Below, in pieces: positions 9,533 to 18,794 of a DNA stretch of 64,000 nt; position 1 is the first letter of the stretch; every line of letters begins with the position of its first letter. This DNA is from Candidatus Marinacidobacterales bacterium (GTDB lineage: Bacteria > Acidobacteriota > Vicinamibacteria > Marinacidobacterales > DATDRI01). The DNA lies in assembly GCA_965226495.1 (NCBI GenBank), contig OZ245365.1:736001-800000 (forward strand), given 5' to 3'. Under the pieces are notes generated by a model. It was not told the origin of the DNA. It worked only from the letters and a program-made list of their open reading frames with translations, and did not search any database. Made by a program: the position numbers and the translations under genes.

Positions 9533-10913
9533 TGGGTCGGCGCCACAAGGCGAGGAAGGCCAGGCCCGCCATGGCGAGGATAAACAGGATCTTTCCCACT
9601 GCGAGGAGACCAGCCATTCCGGAAAAACCCCACTGTTGAATGAAAATCCAGGAGAGCCCGAGCACGAACGCGGTGTGCACGCCGACTCCTTGCGCGTATT
9701 GGCGGGCCCGCCCTGAGGCGTAGTAGAGCGGCTTGACCGCGAAGAATGCCGCCTCCACCGCGGCACCGGCCATCATGAACTGAAGGCCGACCACCATGGG
9801 TCGGTAGATCTCGCCGAAAGCCCATGGGACCAAGACCGGCAGGATGGGTATGCTCAGCAGCAACAGCAGACAAATAGGAAGACCACCCTGAAGAGTCCAT
9901 CGCTCGATGCTCTTCTTCAGCGACTCTATTTCTCCTTTGGCCCAGCGACCAGAAAAAATTGGATACGCCACACGGCCTAGCGCCTGGCCGATCTGTGAAG
10001 CGGCAAGCACGAGACTGCTGGCCAGACGGTAATAGCCCGCGGTCTCCGGGCCGCGAAGCCAACCGAGTAGAATCAACGGACCCTGGGCCATCAATCCGCC
10101 AAAGGAGACGATGAGATAGTTCCATCCGAAGAACGAGCCGAGCTCTCTCCACGAATGTCTCAACTGACCGAGGGGCGCGGACCACCAGGCGCCGATGCCT
10201 GCGTTCTTCGAAGTCCATGTGGCAAAGGCCATGAGCAGAAGACCACCGGTCGCTTGGGCAACCGCCGTCCCTAAAACCATTCCCGCAACGTCGAGACCAC
10301 CCAACAGCAAGCCGACAACGAGGACGAATTGGATAACTCGTTCGCATAGTTGCAAACCCGCCAGCGAGCGAAACTCTTGCAATGAAGTCAGCACTGCGGT
10401 CCCCGTTCCTCTCAGAGAGGAGAAAACGAACGACGAGCTGTAGGCAACGATGACCGTTGTCGCTCCCGGTCGATCAACGACGTGGGGCGTCAACCAAATG
10501 GCACTCAGGCCGATCACTGCAAACGCCACGAACGAAGCTAGGAGATCGACCACGTAGCCGAGCTTGCACATGCTTTCGAACTCGGAAACCTTTCGCGTCG
10601 AAACGAACCCGGCTAGGTAGCGTGTGGTCACGGACGCCGATTTGACCGACGTGAGGGACCAGACCAGGTTTGGATACGCCATGATCAGTGCAGCAACGCC
10701 GTAGGAAGACGGTCCCAGCAGACGGGCGGCGGCGATGGAGGTGAGCAAATTGACGCTCGCCCCCACGTACTGAGACGCCGCAAGAGCCCCGGCGCCACTG
10801 ACCATCGGGTGGCTCAGCAGCCGCCAGAAGCCTGCCCAAACGCCGTCGCCGAAGGCTGCCCCGTCGGTCTGCCGAGCGGTAGGGTAATCGTTGTCTTCTT
10901 CGGGATGGAGCAT
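9513..10913 (-). CDS. Wzx-type oligosaccharide flippase (MOP superfamily)
   Basis: About 12 TMs, with ARLLGPSSYG and LRGPETAGYY motifs typical of polysaccharide biosynthesis flippases. Confidence 0.88.
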   Translation of the reverse strand: MLHPEEDNDYPTARQTDGAAFGDGVWAGFWRLLSHPMVSGAGALAASQYVGASVNLLTSIAAARLLGPSSYGVAALIMAYPNLVWSLTSVKSASVTTRYLAGFVSTRKVSEFESMCKLGYVVDLLASFVAFAVIGLSAIWLTPHVVDRPGATTVIVAYSSSFVFSSLRGTGTAVLTSLQEFRSLAGLQLCERVIQFVLVVGLLLGGLDVAGMVLGTAVAQATGGLLLMAFATWTSKNAGIGAWWSAPLGQLRHSWRELGSFFGWNYLIVSFGGLMAQGPLILLGWLRGPETAGYYRLASSLVLAASQIGQALGRVAYPIFSGRWAKGEIESLKKSIERWTLQGGLPICLLLLLSIPILPVLVPWAFGEIYRPMVVGLQFMMAGAAVEAAFFAVKPLYYASGRARQYAQGVGVHTAFVLGLSWIFIQQWGFSGMAGLLAVGKILFILAMAGLAFLALWRRPNEQTTP

Positions 10914-10938
10914 AGCGCCTCAGAGAAGTCTCTTGAGA

Positions 10939-12788
10939 CTAATTAATGTAACCCAAAGCGCGTAGCGTTTCCTTGGTTTGTTCGTCCAGAATCACACCCG
11001 CACCTGATACGCGATCTCCTTTTGCCTTGGCTAAGAATGTTCGCACGTTGGCTAATAACATTTTGGTTTCCGTCTCTTTGGACCGACTGAGGTCGTTTTG
11101 CTCTTCGGGATCATCTGCCAAATCGTAGAGCTCTTGTTGCACGACCTGCGTTCGGCCCTCGGGGTTGGAGAGCGTCACGACGTATTTCAGATCTCGAATT
11201 CTCATCGCGATCTTCACGCAGCTATCGCCTTCCGCACAGCCGAGTGAGCCCTGTGACACCTCGCTGATGACGCTTCTTTCGTCGAAAGCGTGGCTCTGCC
11301 ATTCTGCCAAGTCCAAAGCTCCGGTTGGCGGCGGATCGATACCCGCGGCTCGCAATACCGTGGGGAATATGTCGGTTTGGCTGGCCAGCGTCTTCGCCCG
11401 TCCGGTCGGTAGATTCCCCGGCCACTTCACTACGAGGGGTATGCGGATGATTTCATCGTACAGGCTAACCGTATGTTGCCAGTGCCCGTGTTCGTAGAAG
11501 GCTTCGCCGTGGTCGGCGGTCACGATGATGAGCGTGTCATCGTAGAGGTCTCGCGCCTTGAGCTCATCGAGAAGTCGTCCAATCTGCTCGTCCACAAATC
11601 CAACCTCGGCGTCGTATAAACGGATTACGTCGTCTATCTCGACTTGGTCCTTCGGCTTGCCTCCGTCGAACACCTTGTCGAGCAAGTCCGAGATGTCCGG
11701 GGGGCGCGGTCCGAATCGCTCGCGCCATGTTTTCGGCGATAGGTATGGCCAGTGCGCGTCGATTAGGTGAACGAAGAGGAATTGCTCTGTTCCTTCGCCG
11801 CGACCGAGCAAATCGATGGCGGCGTCTATTGTTTTGTCCGCTGTGCTACCTACCATTAACCGGTAGTTGTGAAAACCGCGATAAAAGTTGAAGTGTTGCG
11901 AGACGAAGTACCAGGAAGCCACTCCGACGACTTGATAGCCAGCGCGAGAGAGGAGCTCGGGCAAGTAAGCGACATCATCGCTCAGCTTCCGCTGACGGGT
12001 GACCCCGTGGAAAGAAGGTAGAAGGCCGGTCAGCATGGAGAAATGAGTGGGCAGGGTCCATGACGACGTGCTGAAGGCCGCCTCGAAAACCGTCCCATTC
12101 TCGGCCAGGGCATCGATGTGGCGGGTCGTGTCTCTCGTGTAGCCATACGCTCCGACGTGATCGGCTCGCAGGCAGTCGATGGAAATTAGAACCACCGGGG
12201 GCCGGTCGCCGCGATAAGTCTTGCTCGACACCGTCGGGCTGCCCCAGACTGGCATCACTCGCTGGGCAGTCCATTGCACGCGGTCCCGAGGACGGTCGAC
12301 TCGGGTCTCGAATGTCAGTCGCAGTCGGCGTCCCTCCCATTCCGATAGATCGATTTCCCGATCTAGCCAACGTCCCGCCTGGTTGCGGCGGAGGCTTTCC
12401 GTGAAGAGAGACTTGCTGACGCCGTCGGCTTCGGCCAGCAATCGGAATTCGACCGGGGGAATACCTTGGCATCGCCGATCGGATTGAGGGCGATGGCGAA
12501 CCGCAGGATCGGATTCGACGGCACCCTGACCCCGAACGCGAATCGCGACGGGAGAGGAGGAGCGAGCGCCAGTCGGGACTCATCCTCGAGCGTGATCGGC
12601 AACGACAGCCTCGCGTCGTTTCGGCTCGAGAGAAACAGTTTCCGGTTGAAAGTCGCCTCCGCCTCATTCAAATGATCGATGAAGTAAAAGGGGGGAGGCG
12701 GTTTCGCGCTTCCATCGCCACAACCGGTAGCGTTCAGCGCGAGGAGCGAGAACGCTATGAGATATTGCCGCGCAGGCTCACGTAGCAT
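10939..12788 (-). pseudogene. Sulfatase-fold (Thr-type) lipoprotein, frameshifted near 12455
   Basis: ORF 12363-12788 (lipobox LNATGC, LAPPLPSRF) and ORF 10939-12441 (DCLRADH, WTLPTH, TADHGE, LRALGYIN) join into one paralog of the 44-52 kb genes through a frame change near a G5 run. Could be an assembly error. Confidence 0.8.
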
Positions 12789-12919
12789 TTGGGGAGATCG
12801 TCACCGAGGCGAAGTTAACACACCCCGGGTGAGGGGTGAAGCGGGGCGGCCACACCGGACGACTCTTTTGTTGACGGGCACTCATACCCATGCACATAAT
12901 TCCTGCCTGGTCGCTACGC

Positions 12920-14029
12920 ATGCCCCCTAGCTCCGAAGAATCACAATCCCGCCAGACCATCACCCTTGGTCAGGTTCTGATCGCTCTGCTCGTCGCCGGC
13001 ATATGGCTCTCGGTGACGTTGCTGCCGCTCCCCGGGGTCGTTCCAGCCGATGACGCGCGCGGTCTCGATGCCCACATCTACGTCGCGATGGCGGAAGCCC
13101 CCGCCATTTTCACGATGCCGCCCTTCGCTTATCGACTGGGGGGCCCTTTCCTCGCGTTCGTACTTCCTTTTCCGGTGGAGATTAATTTTTTCCTGCTTTC
13201 ACTACTCGGCCTGCTTGCAACTTTGGTGCTTGGGTACGTTTTCTTCCGGGAGCTCGGCTACAGTCACGGCCTTGCGTTGCTCGGTCTGATTTTTATGGCT
13301 GCCGCGCCAGAGGTGACCGTCTTCCTGAGGAATCACTTCTTGATCGACCCACTCGGTCTGGCCTTCACGGTTGCGCTGTTCATTGCCATCGAGCGGCGGG
13401 TCTCGGCAGGGCCGATGGCCCTGCTGCTGCTGGTTGCGAGTCTGTTCAAAGAGACCGCCTTCTTCGTCCTGCCGGTGATGTACCTACGACTTGCTTCGCC
13501 CAGGCTCGTGGACCGGTCGGCGGTTTGGAGGGTCCTCGTTGTTAGCGCGCCGGCGGTCACCGCGGCGCTCATCCTGAGATTCGGGTGGGGTGGGGCTTTC
13601 CAGGCTTTTCCGTACCTCAGTCCCTGGGGTGGGCAGCGCCAACCATGGTTCGGTAGTTTGGAAGCCTACCAAGCGATCTGGGGTGGTCTATTCGGCTACC
13701 TCGCGGTGCTCGCCATCGCCAACGCTTTCTCCGCACGCTGGCGTGATTTCGCGCGTCGCTATTCACCGTACGCGGCTCTAGTTGTCGCACAAATGCTGGT
13801 GCCGCAAAACTCGGAGCGCCTTCTATTCTCTGCATTTCCCGTCATCATTCCGCTCGCCTTGGCAGAGTTCCAGAGGATAGGCGATGAGCTTCCCGAGTGG
13901 TTCCCCTTGATAGCGACATTGCTGATCTTTTGTTACCTCTTCTTGCCGAACCAGCTCGTGGCGCCGATTGCCCTTGTGATCGTGGCGAGGATCATCATGG
14001 AGCGACGATCGTGGGGAGCCGCGAAGTGA
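12920..14029 (+). CDS. Multi-TM GT-C-like membrane protein
   Basis: DAHIYVAMA..PFAYRL first loop, FKET motif, about 10 TMs. ATG at 12920 preferred over 12890. Confidence 0.7.
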   Translation: MPPSSEESQSRQTITLGQVLIALLVAGIWLSVTLLPLPGVVPADDARGLDAHIYVAMAEAPAIFTMPPFAYRLGGPFLAFVLPFPVEINFFLLSLLGLLATLVLGYVFFRELGYSHGLALLGLIFMAAAPEVTVFLRNHFLIDPLGLAFTVALFIAIERRVSAGPMALLLLVASLFKETAFFVLPVMYLRLASPRLVDRSAVWRVLVVSAPAVTAALILRFGWGGAFQAFPYLSPWGGQRQPWFGSLEAYQAIWGGLFGYLAVLAIANAFSARWRDFARRYSPYAALVVAQMLVPQNSERLLFSAFPVIIPLALAEFQRIGDELPEWFPLIATLLIFCYLFLPNQLVAPIALVIVARIIMERRSWGAAK

Positions 14030-14611
14030 ATCGGAAGACGGTCGTCGAATGGCTTTCGTGGGTTGCGTGTTTCGGAATCTTGTTGGCACTAGTGGCGGGC
14101 CTCGACCCCTACCGGCGACCGCCTCTACGGTACGGTTACGGTCTGGATCGCCACCAGTACTTCCGCGCCACCATCAGGCGGGCGCGCGAGCTTCAGGATA
14201 CCGGTACCTATCGCGTCCAGCCTAATGAGAACTGGCTATTGCGCGGTGGTTGGGCGGACGGACCCGCAGCCCGCCAATCGGGCCTAGCTCTCGCCGAACA
14301 ACGCCGGGTTCGCGTCATCTTGCCGGTCCTCGTCCCAGAGTCTCTCCAGGTTCGGCTTCGCGTGGAATCGCTCCCATCCCCGGATCGGGAGCAAGAGGCC
14401 CTCGAGGTCGAGTATGGCGTCGGAATGGCCTTGGGCCGTTTCTTGGTGCCGCCCGAGGGGTCGGTGCTCAAGTTCCAGGTCGAGCCTTCGATGCTCCATC
14501 GCGGTGACGGAACATCGTCTTCCGATCTATCGCGTCATCGCGCACGCGAGGGGACGCCGAACCCTGGCTCTCTCTCGGCTGGATGAGCGCTCGGGTCCTC
14601 GAAAGCGGTAA
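14026..14611 (+). CDS. Hypothetical protein: N-terminal TM anchor plus beta-sandwich domain; 3' end possibly frameshifted
   Basis: GTG overlaps the upstream TGA; hydrophobic N-terminus. After LHRGD the protein-like sequence appears to continue in other frames (NIVF.., IYRV..). Confidence 0.55.
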
Positions 14612-14628
14612 CTTGAGCGGTTCTTAAT

Positions 14629-15756
14629 TCAATGCGGCCGGTGCTTGTGGATACCGCGGTGCTGCTCTTCCGTCAACGTGTCATCGATGTTCGGATAAAC
14701 GGCTGACCAATCGAATTGAGCTTTCACAAGGTCACGAGCCTTTCTTCCCATAGCGTGCCGCTCCACTGGATGGGTGACCAGATGTCGGAGGCGTGCGCAG
14801 AACTCCTCGATGTCGAAGGGTTCAATCGCATACCCGCATTCCGCCGGGATCATGTTTTTGACGTCACCTACGGCGAAGGCGATGGACGGCACCCCACACG
14901 CCGACGCTTCCATAACCACCCGCGGCGAGCCCTCTGCGAAAGTCGGAAGGACCAGGACTGCAGAGGAACCGATGACCTGTTTGGTCTCCTCGTGCGACAG
15001 AGTCCCCAAGATCTTCACCTGGGGTTCGGTCGCGCTCCAAGTCTCGACACTTTTCCGATCGGGTCCGTTTCCGACGATGACGAAGGACCAGTCGGGCGGG
15101 AGCGTGCGCGTGATGTCGGGAAAAAACCGAACCCCTTTGTTCTCGACTAACCGGCCCACGAAGACGACCTGCCGTTGCTTTTCCAGCTCATGAGGGTAGT
15201 CCGCGACGTGGATGGCACCGTGGACCACCACCAAGCCTTCGCGGGACGTTTCATAGCCTCTCCGCCGAAGCTCCGGGCCGATGTCGGCGTTGGCAATCAC
15301 CCGGTCTACTTGTCTGAACAGCCCCTTGCCAAAGGTCCGATCGTACAAGATCTTCCCAAGCCGGGTCGGCAGGGACAGGTGAGCTAGGACGTCCTCGTCC
15401 AGGCTGCCGACGTAGAAAAGAATCAAGGGCTTCCCGAACTTGCCTTTCCGGCGAAGCCGGACGACGCGGCTGTTCATTTCGAACATGTAACTGAACAATA
15501 CGATCACATCGCACCAATCCACGTGTTTCCGAATGTGATGCCAGAGGCGATAGGTAATAGGATTCCGCCCGAGGACGCGGCCCAGATGAGGAACTGGAAA
15601 TACGTCCAGCCCTTTGCTCTCCACCGATTCATCGCCGGCCACCACGACGCGAAGCTCATGGCCGTGATTGAGGAGCTCGCTGCAGAGCTCGTAACAGGTT
15701 TGGGACAGACCACCCCGGATAGGAAACCAATCGGGGCAGACCATGAGGATTTTCAA
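14629..15756 (-). CDS. GT4 glycosyltransferase
   Basis: MKILMV..P..GG, FVGRLVENKG and EGSPRVVMEASACG. Confidence 0.93.
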   Translation of the reverse strand: MKILMVCPDWFPIRGGLSQTCYELCSELLNHGHELRVVVAGDESVESKGLDVFPVPHLGRVLGRNPITYRLWHHIRKHVDWCDVIVLFSYMFEMNSRVVRLRRKGKFGKPLILFYVGSLDEDVLAHLSLPTRLGKILYDRTFGKGLFRQVDRVIANADIGPELRRRGYETSREGLVVVHGAIHVADYPHELEKQRQVVFVGRLVENKGVRFFPDITRTLPPDWSFVIVGNGPDRKSVETWSATEPQVKILGTLSHEETKQVIGSSAVLVLPTFAEGSPRVVMEASACGVPSIAFAVGDVKNMIPAECGYAIEPFDIEEFCARLRHLVTHPVERHAMGRKARDLVKAQFDWSAVYPNIDDTLTEEQHRGIHKHRPH

Positions 15757-16151
15757 TGTGGCCGGCGTTGTTCTTTCGCGGCCGATTCAGCGTCGCTGGG
15801 TGGGGGGTCGCCCCCTAGTTCCGTCCTCCGATGTTGCTCCATGAGGATGCTCACCATTTGGGCTAGGCTGGCAATCCTTCGCTCTTGGATACTGATGATT
15901 GAAAGAAGCTCGAATAGCTGGACTAGAAGAAAGCCCGTGACGAGCAGGATCATGACGGTGTGATAGGGCATGCTCATGAGACCGGCGAGTCGCGAGATGG
16001 CGTTGGGCCAAACGGCGAGAGCCAGAAACGGTAGGCCGGTCAGAATAAGCACTACCACGTAGCGCTCTTTGAGTCGCTGCGCTCGCAGGCTGCGGAGGGC
16101 GAGAAAAAGGAGCGTACCGCCGTAGAGTAGGAGAATTAGTGAACGGATCAT
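15753..16151 (-). CDS. DUF2304 small membrane protein (GacJ-like GT2 activator)
   Basis: 132 aa with 3 TMs and a C-terminal ISIQERRIASLAQ coil; directly downstream of a GT2. Confidence 0.85.
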   Translation of the reverse strand: MIRSLILLLYGGTLLFLALRSLRAQRLKERYVVVLILTGLPFLALAVWPNAISRLAGLMSMPYHTVMILLVTGFLLVQLFELLSIISIQERRIASLAQMVSILMEQHRRTELGGDPPPSDAESAAKEQRRPH

Positions 16152-16169
16152 GTTGCGGCCTGTGTCGCC

Positions 16170-16913
16170 TTAGGTATTCCAGTCGCCATGGAGTTTATCG
16201 CTTTCCCGCCAGGGCTCGCGAATCATGTCCAGGACGAGGGCGACGGACACCTTGATGACATAGTAAATGCCTTTCCAGAGCGGAATACTGGTCCGCCCAC
16301 CCGCGCGTTCGTGCATGCGCACCGGTACTTCGGTGACTCGAAACTTGGCTCGCAGAAGCAGCAGGATGACTTCCGGCTCGGGATAGTCATCGGGATACCA
16401 GCGCGCGTAGGCTTCGATGACCCGGCGATTCGCGGCCCGAAAGCCGCTCGTGCAGTCGGTGAAACGCCGGCCGGTCAAGGCCTTGAGAAGCAAACTGAGC
16501 CAAAGTGTTCCCATCCGGCGAGGGAAAGATAGGGGATAGGTCTCGTCGCGTTGGTCGAGAAATCTCGAGCCGACCACGATGTCGGCTTCGTCGTTACAAA
16601 CGGGCTCGAGTATCTTGGCGACCTCTTCGGCGGCGTGCTGGCCATCTGCGTCGACCTGAATCGCCACCTCGTATCCGTTCAGCGCCGCGTAGCGGTAGCC
16701 GGTCTGCATCGCACCCCCGATGCCGAGGTTAAAGGGTAGACTCAAGACGGTTGCCCAAGGCGGTACGTTTTGCGCGGTCGCGTCGGTCGAACCGTCGTCG
16801 ATAACTACGACGTCGGCGGTGGGCAGGCTCTTGCGCAGCCCGTCCACGACCTGGCGGATGGTGCCAGATTCGTTCCAAGCGGGGACGATCACGAGTTGAG
16901 CAGCGGCCGCCAT
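16170..16913 (-). CDS. GT2 glycosyltransferase, DPM1/GacI-like
   Basis: IVPAWNE, IDDGSTD, NLGIGGAMQTGY, DADGQH, TDCTSGFRA and DYPEPE. Confidence 0.92.
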   Translation of the reverse strand: MAAAAQLVIVPAWNESGTIRQVVDGLRKSLPTADVVVIDDGSTDATAQNVPPWATVLSLPFNLGIGGAMQTGYRYAALNGYEVAIQVDADGQHAAEEVAKILEPVCNDEADIVVGSRFLDQRDETYPLSFPRRMGTLWLSLLLKALTGRRFTDCTSGFRAANRRVIEAYARWYPDDYPEPEVILLLLRAKFRVTEVPVRMHERAGGRTSIPLWKGIYYVIKVSVALVLDMIREPWRESDKLHGDWNT

Positions 16914-16983
16914 CGGTCGATAGACATTGTATCAGTCTCAGCTGCCGAGCCTCACCTCTGAGGCACGCCGCCAGCGGACAATT

Positions 16984-17183
16984 TCAGTTCTGCTTTTCGA
17001 CTCCCCCGGCTCCGCGCACGACAGCCCGGACCAAGTCGAGGTGGAGTGGATCGTCGATGTGTAGAGACTTCCAGTCACCTAAAACGATGGCCCTGACATC
17101 ATTTCCGAGACAGAAGTCGCGACCACTCCAATCTTCGAGGAGCGTCCGTTTCCTCGAGCTTCGCGATAGCGCGGTCCCTTCAT
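16984..17183 (-). pseudogene. Remnant resembling the C-terminus of an acylneuraminate cytidylyltransferase (NeuA-like)
   Basis: Manual translation gives RKRTLLEDWSGRDFCLGNDVRAIVLGDWKSLHIDDPLHLDLVRAVV-stop, resembling the NeuA C-terminal S.xIDxxxD/H-L helix. No N-terminal domain is present. Confidence 0.55.
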
Positions 17184-17193
17184 ACTGCGTCGC

Positions 17194-18570
17194 TCAGACT
17201 CGAGCCTTCTCGGTGGATGACGCGGCAGGCCGGACCTCACGTGGCACATGGAAGTAGTTCAACGCGTCGAACAGCAGGCGATCGAATTCGTTAGGTACTC
17301 GCGTCCACTTCAGGTTGAAGGAGATCATCGCGTTGTTCCAATGACATTTACCGCGTAAGAGGCCGGCGAGATAGTTTGCTTCACAAATGCAGGTGAGCAT
17401 CGATCTCGCCTCGGGCTTATGTCGGGTCCACCGTCGCTCGCGGAAGTCGACGTAGAGCGGGCTGGAATCGAGATCCTCGGGGGCGAGACACAGCACCCAA
17501 TCCGTCGCGATTCTATACTGCTCCATCTTTTCGAACATGTGAGAAGCGGCCCGTTCGACGAGCCCATCGAGTTCCCCAGGATCCCGAACTTGAGGGTAAC
17601 GATCATGAGTGTTCGGCACCGGAGAATATAGTTGTTGGGCAATCTCTTCGAGCTTGGGAGGCTCCGAGCTTCGCTTGATGAACTCGTACCCCGCTTCGGG
17701 GATGATGTTGAGCTCGTCGCTTTCGTAGAGGCCGAAGGTAGGGAGCCCGGTGCTACCGGTATATCTCTCGACCACCTTATCCTTGTTTGCCCACCAGGCG
17801 TCTCCGCACCACGCCGCGAACTTCTTGGCCATCGGTCCAACCAAAGCGAATTCCGATGAATACGGCATCAAAGCCTTGGGTCGCAGTTGATCGAACAGAG
17901 CTTGATTGATTTTCTCACGCTTGTCCTCACGGTCGTCGGCAATGGCGCGTTTGTCTTGGTCACTGAGGTTTTCGTAGCAAAGGGGATAATCGGACGCCGC
18001 TCCGTTGTAGGAAAAGGCGAGGAGGTCGCAGTCCCTCATATGCTCGAGCGAGGAGCCCGCATCCTCGGGGCAATACGGAACGTTATCGGCCAGCAGGACG
18101 ACTTTGAGTCCCTCCGAGGAGAAGATGACTCCATTGTCGATGACCAGCGACTCGAGGTCATGCGATTCATAGTGCTCGAGCTCTTGACCGAAGGCGTTCA
18201 TTCGGGGGACCACTTCCACCGTGAGGTCTCGAGACACCTCGACCGGCACCTTGGGTTTGAGCATTCGGACCTTGTCGAAGCCCATCTGCTTCAATCGTAA
18301 CGCGATGACGTGATTGGGGTAAACGTCGGGCACTAGCATCATAGCGGAACGATCCACGTGCTCGAGGGTCGCGACATCGTAGTGGTCTTCGTGGATATGA
18401 GAAATGAAGCAATGCGTCGCGCCCGTCAAGACAGCAGCCATATCGCGGACCGGGGGGTAGGGTGCCCAAGCGCCGTCGAAGATTCCTGGCTTCAGCCACG
18501 GGTCGCAGAGGATCACGTGGTCTCGTGCTTCCAGGCGAACGCAACCGTTCACCGGATTCGTGATCTTCAT
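17194..18570 (-). CDS. MBL-fold metallo-protein, CMP-N-acetylneuraminate hydroxylase (CMAH)-like, lacking the Rieske domain
   Basis: CDPWL..GAW, ISHIHEDHY, YNGAASDYP, PKALMPY and HWNNAMISF..RVPNEFD parallel the CMAH C-terminal body. Confidence 0.75.
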   Translation of the reverse strand: MKITNPVNGCVRLEARDHVILCDPWLKPGIFDGAWAPYPPVRDMAAVLTGATHCFISHIHEDHYDVATLEHVDRSAMMLVPDVYPNHVIALRLKQMGFDKVRMLKPKVPVEVSRDLTVEVVPRMNAFGQELEHYESHDLESLVIDNGVIFSSEGLKVVLLADNVPYCPEDAGSSLEHMRDCDLLAFSYNGAASDYPLCYENLSDQDKRAIADDREDKREKINQALFDQLRPKALMPYSSEFALVGPMAKKFAAWCGDAWWANKDKVVERYTGSTGLPTFGLYESDELNIIPEAGYEFIKRSSEPPKLEEIAQQLYSPVPNTHDRYPQVRDPGELDGLVERAASHMFEKMEQYRIATDWVLCLAPEDLDSSPLYVDFRERRWTRHKPEARSMLTCICEANYLAGLLRGKCHWNNAMISFNLKWTRVPNEFDRLLFDALNYFHVPREVRPAASSTEKARV

Positions 18571-18622
18571 TCGAAGCCCGGCAACATAGTGTGCTTAATG
18601 CGCGCTCACTCCTCTATAAGTG

Positions 18623-18680
18623 GCGCGGGGCCCCACCCCCACGCCTCATGCTCCGTCGACTGGCGACTCCGCGTGGGCTC
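18623..18680. repeat. Intergenic GGGGCCCCACCCCCA-type repeat (copy 1 of 3)
   Basis: Matches 56245-56307 and 56359-56425 over about 55 bp, and is followed by GC-rich hairpins. Confidence 0.7.
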
Positions 18681-18794
18681 ATGGCTGCGTTCGCGCGCTG
18701 GCGCCTCGCTCTTCGCTCGGCGCTCCTTTCGTCGGCCCACTCGGGCCGGGCTCGCTCCGCTCGCGCAGGGTGCCGGGTATTCTTCAGCACCCTG

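Noticed and set aside
17194-17196. In-frame open sequence after the TGA of the CMAH-like gene suggested selenocysteine or readthrough
   Set aside because: The TGA follows a low-complexity tail after the conserved domain end, no SECIS-like hairpin was evident, and the downstream peptide is better explained as a remnant of a separate gene.
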